In this document: piece by piece, positions 63,982 to 64,000 of the stretch | How the letters are laid out: the number at the start of each line of letters is the position of its first letter | Position numbering within the stretch: the first letter of the stretch is position 1 | Assembly (NCBI RefSeq): GCF_026571515.1 | Contig: NW_026863152.1 | Span: 186,001-250,000 of the forward strand | Direction: 5' to 3' | DNA: 64,000 nt | Origin: Ruditapes philippinarum | Taxonomy: Eukaryota | The notes under the pieces: generated by a model | Seen by the model: only the letters and a program-made list of their open reading frames with translations | Databases searched by the model: none | What the model was told of the DNA's origin: nothing | Program-made: the position numbers and the translations under genes

Positions 63982-64000
63982 CTGGAATTCAAACATATAG

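Noticed and set aside
63087-63992. Full-length 123-aa and 78-aa ORFs from the track
   Set aside because: Only the 76-nt spliced cores resemble FUNDC; the remainder is intronic read-through.

Overview
AT-rich, intron-containing animal genomic DNA. The repeat families (Helentron/pearl-type elements with internal satellites, MetaSINE- and CORE-type SINEs, a TGAGCCG-terminated foldback MITE) suggest a bivalve mollusc, probably a venerid-like clam; this is inference from recalled repeat families. The first ~24 kb is mostly tandem arrays (25-bp, 54/51-bp with a 151-bp higher-order unit, ~19-bp, a 60-bp array with an internal inversion, ~51-bp) plus SINEs and MITEs, and almost all ORF-track entries there are repeat artefacts. 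Five protein-coding genes can be reconstructed with GT-AG splice sites and consistent phases: a single-coding-exon LRR transmembrane protein (-), a 4-exon TSSK-like Ser/Thr kinase with degenerate catalytic motifs (-), GPALPP1 (-, 6 exons) head-to-head with PIN4/parvulin-14 (+, 3 exons, 162 bp between ATGs), and the 3' part of FUNDC1/2 (-). The most notable observation is in FUNDC. Its 76-nt transmembrane-encoding exon is present twice in tandem (63906-63981 and 63306-63381), both copies intact and with the same phases. The 524-nt intron between them carries a ~40-bp inverted repeat that would leave only ~50 unpaired nt between the 5' splice site and a predicted branch point. This looks like an RNA-structure-enforced mutually exclusive exon pair in a mitophagy receptor.
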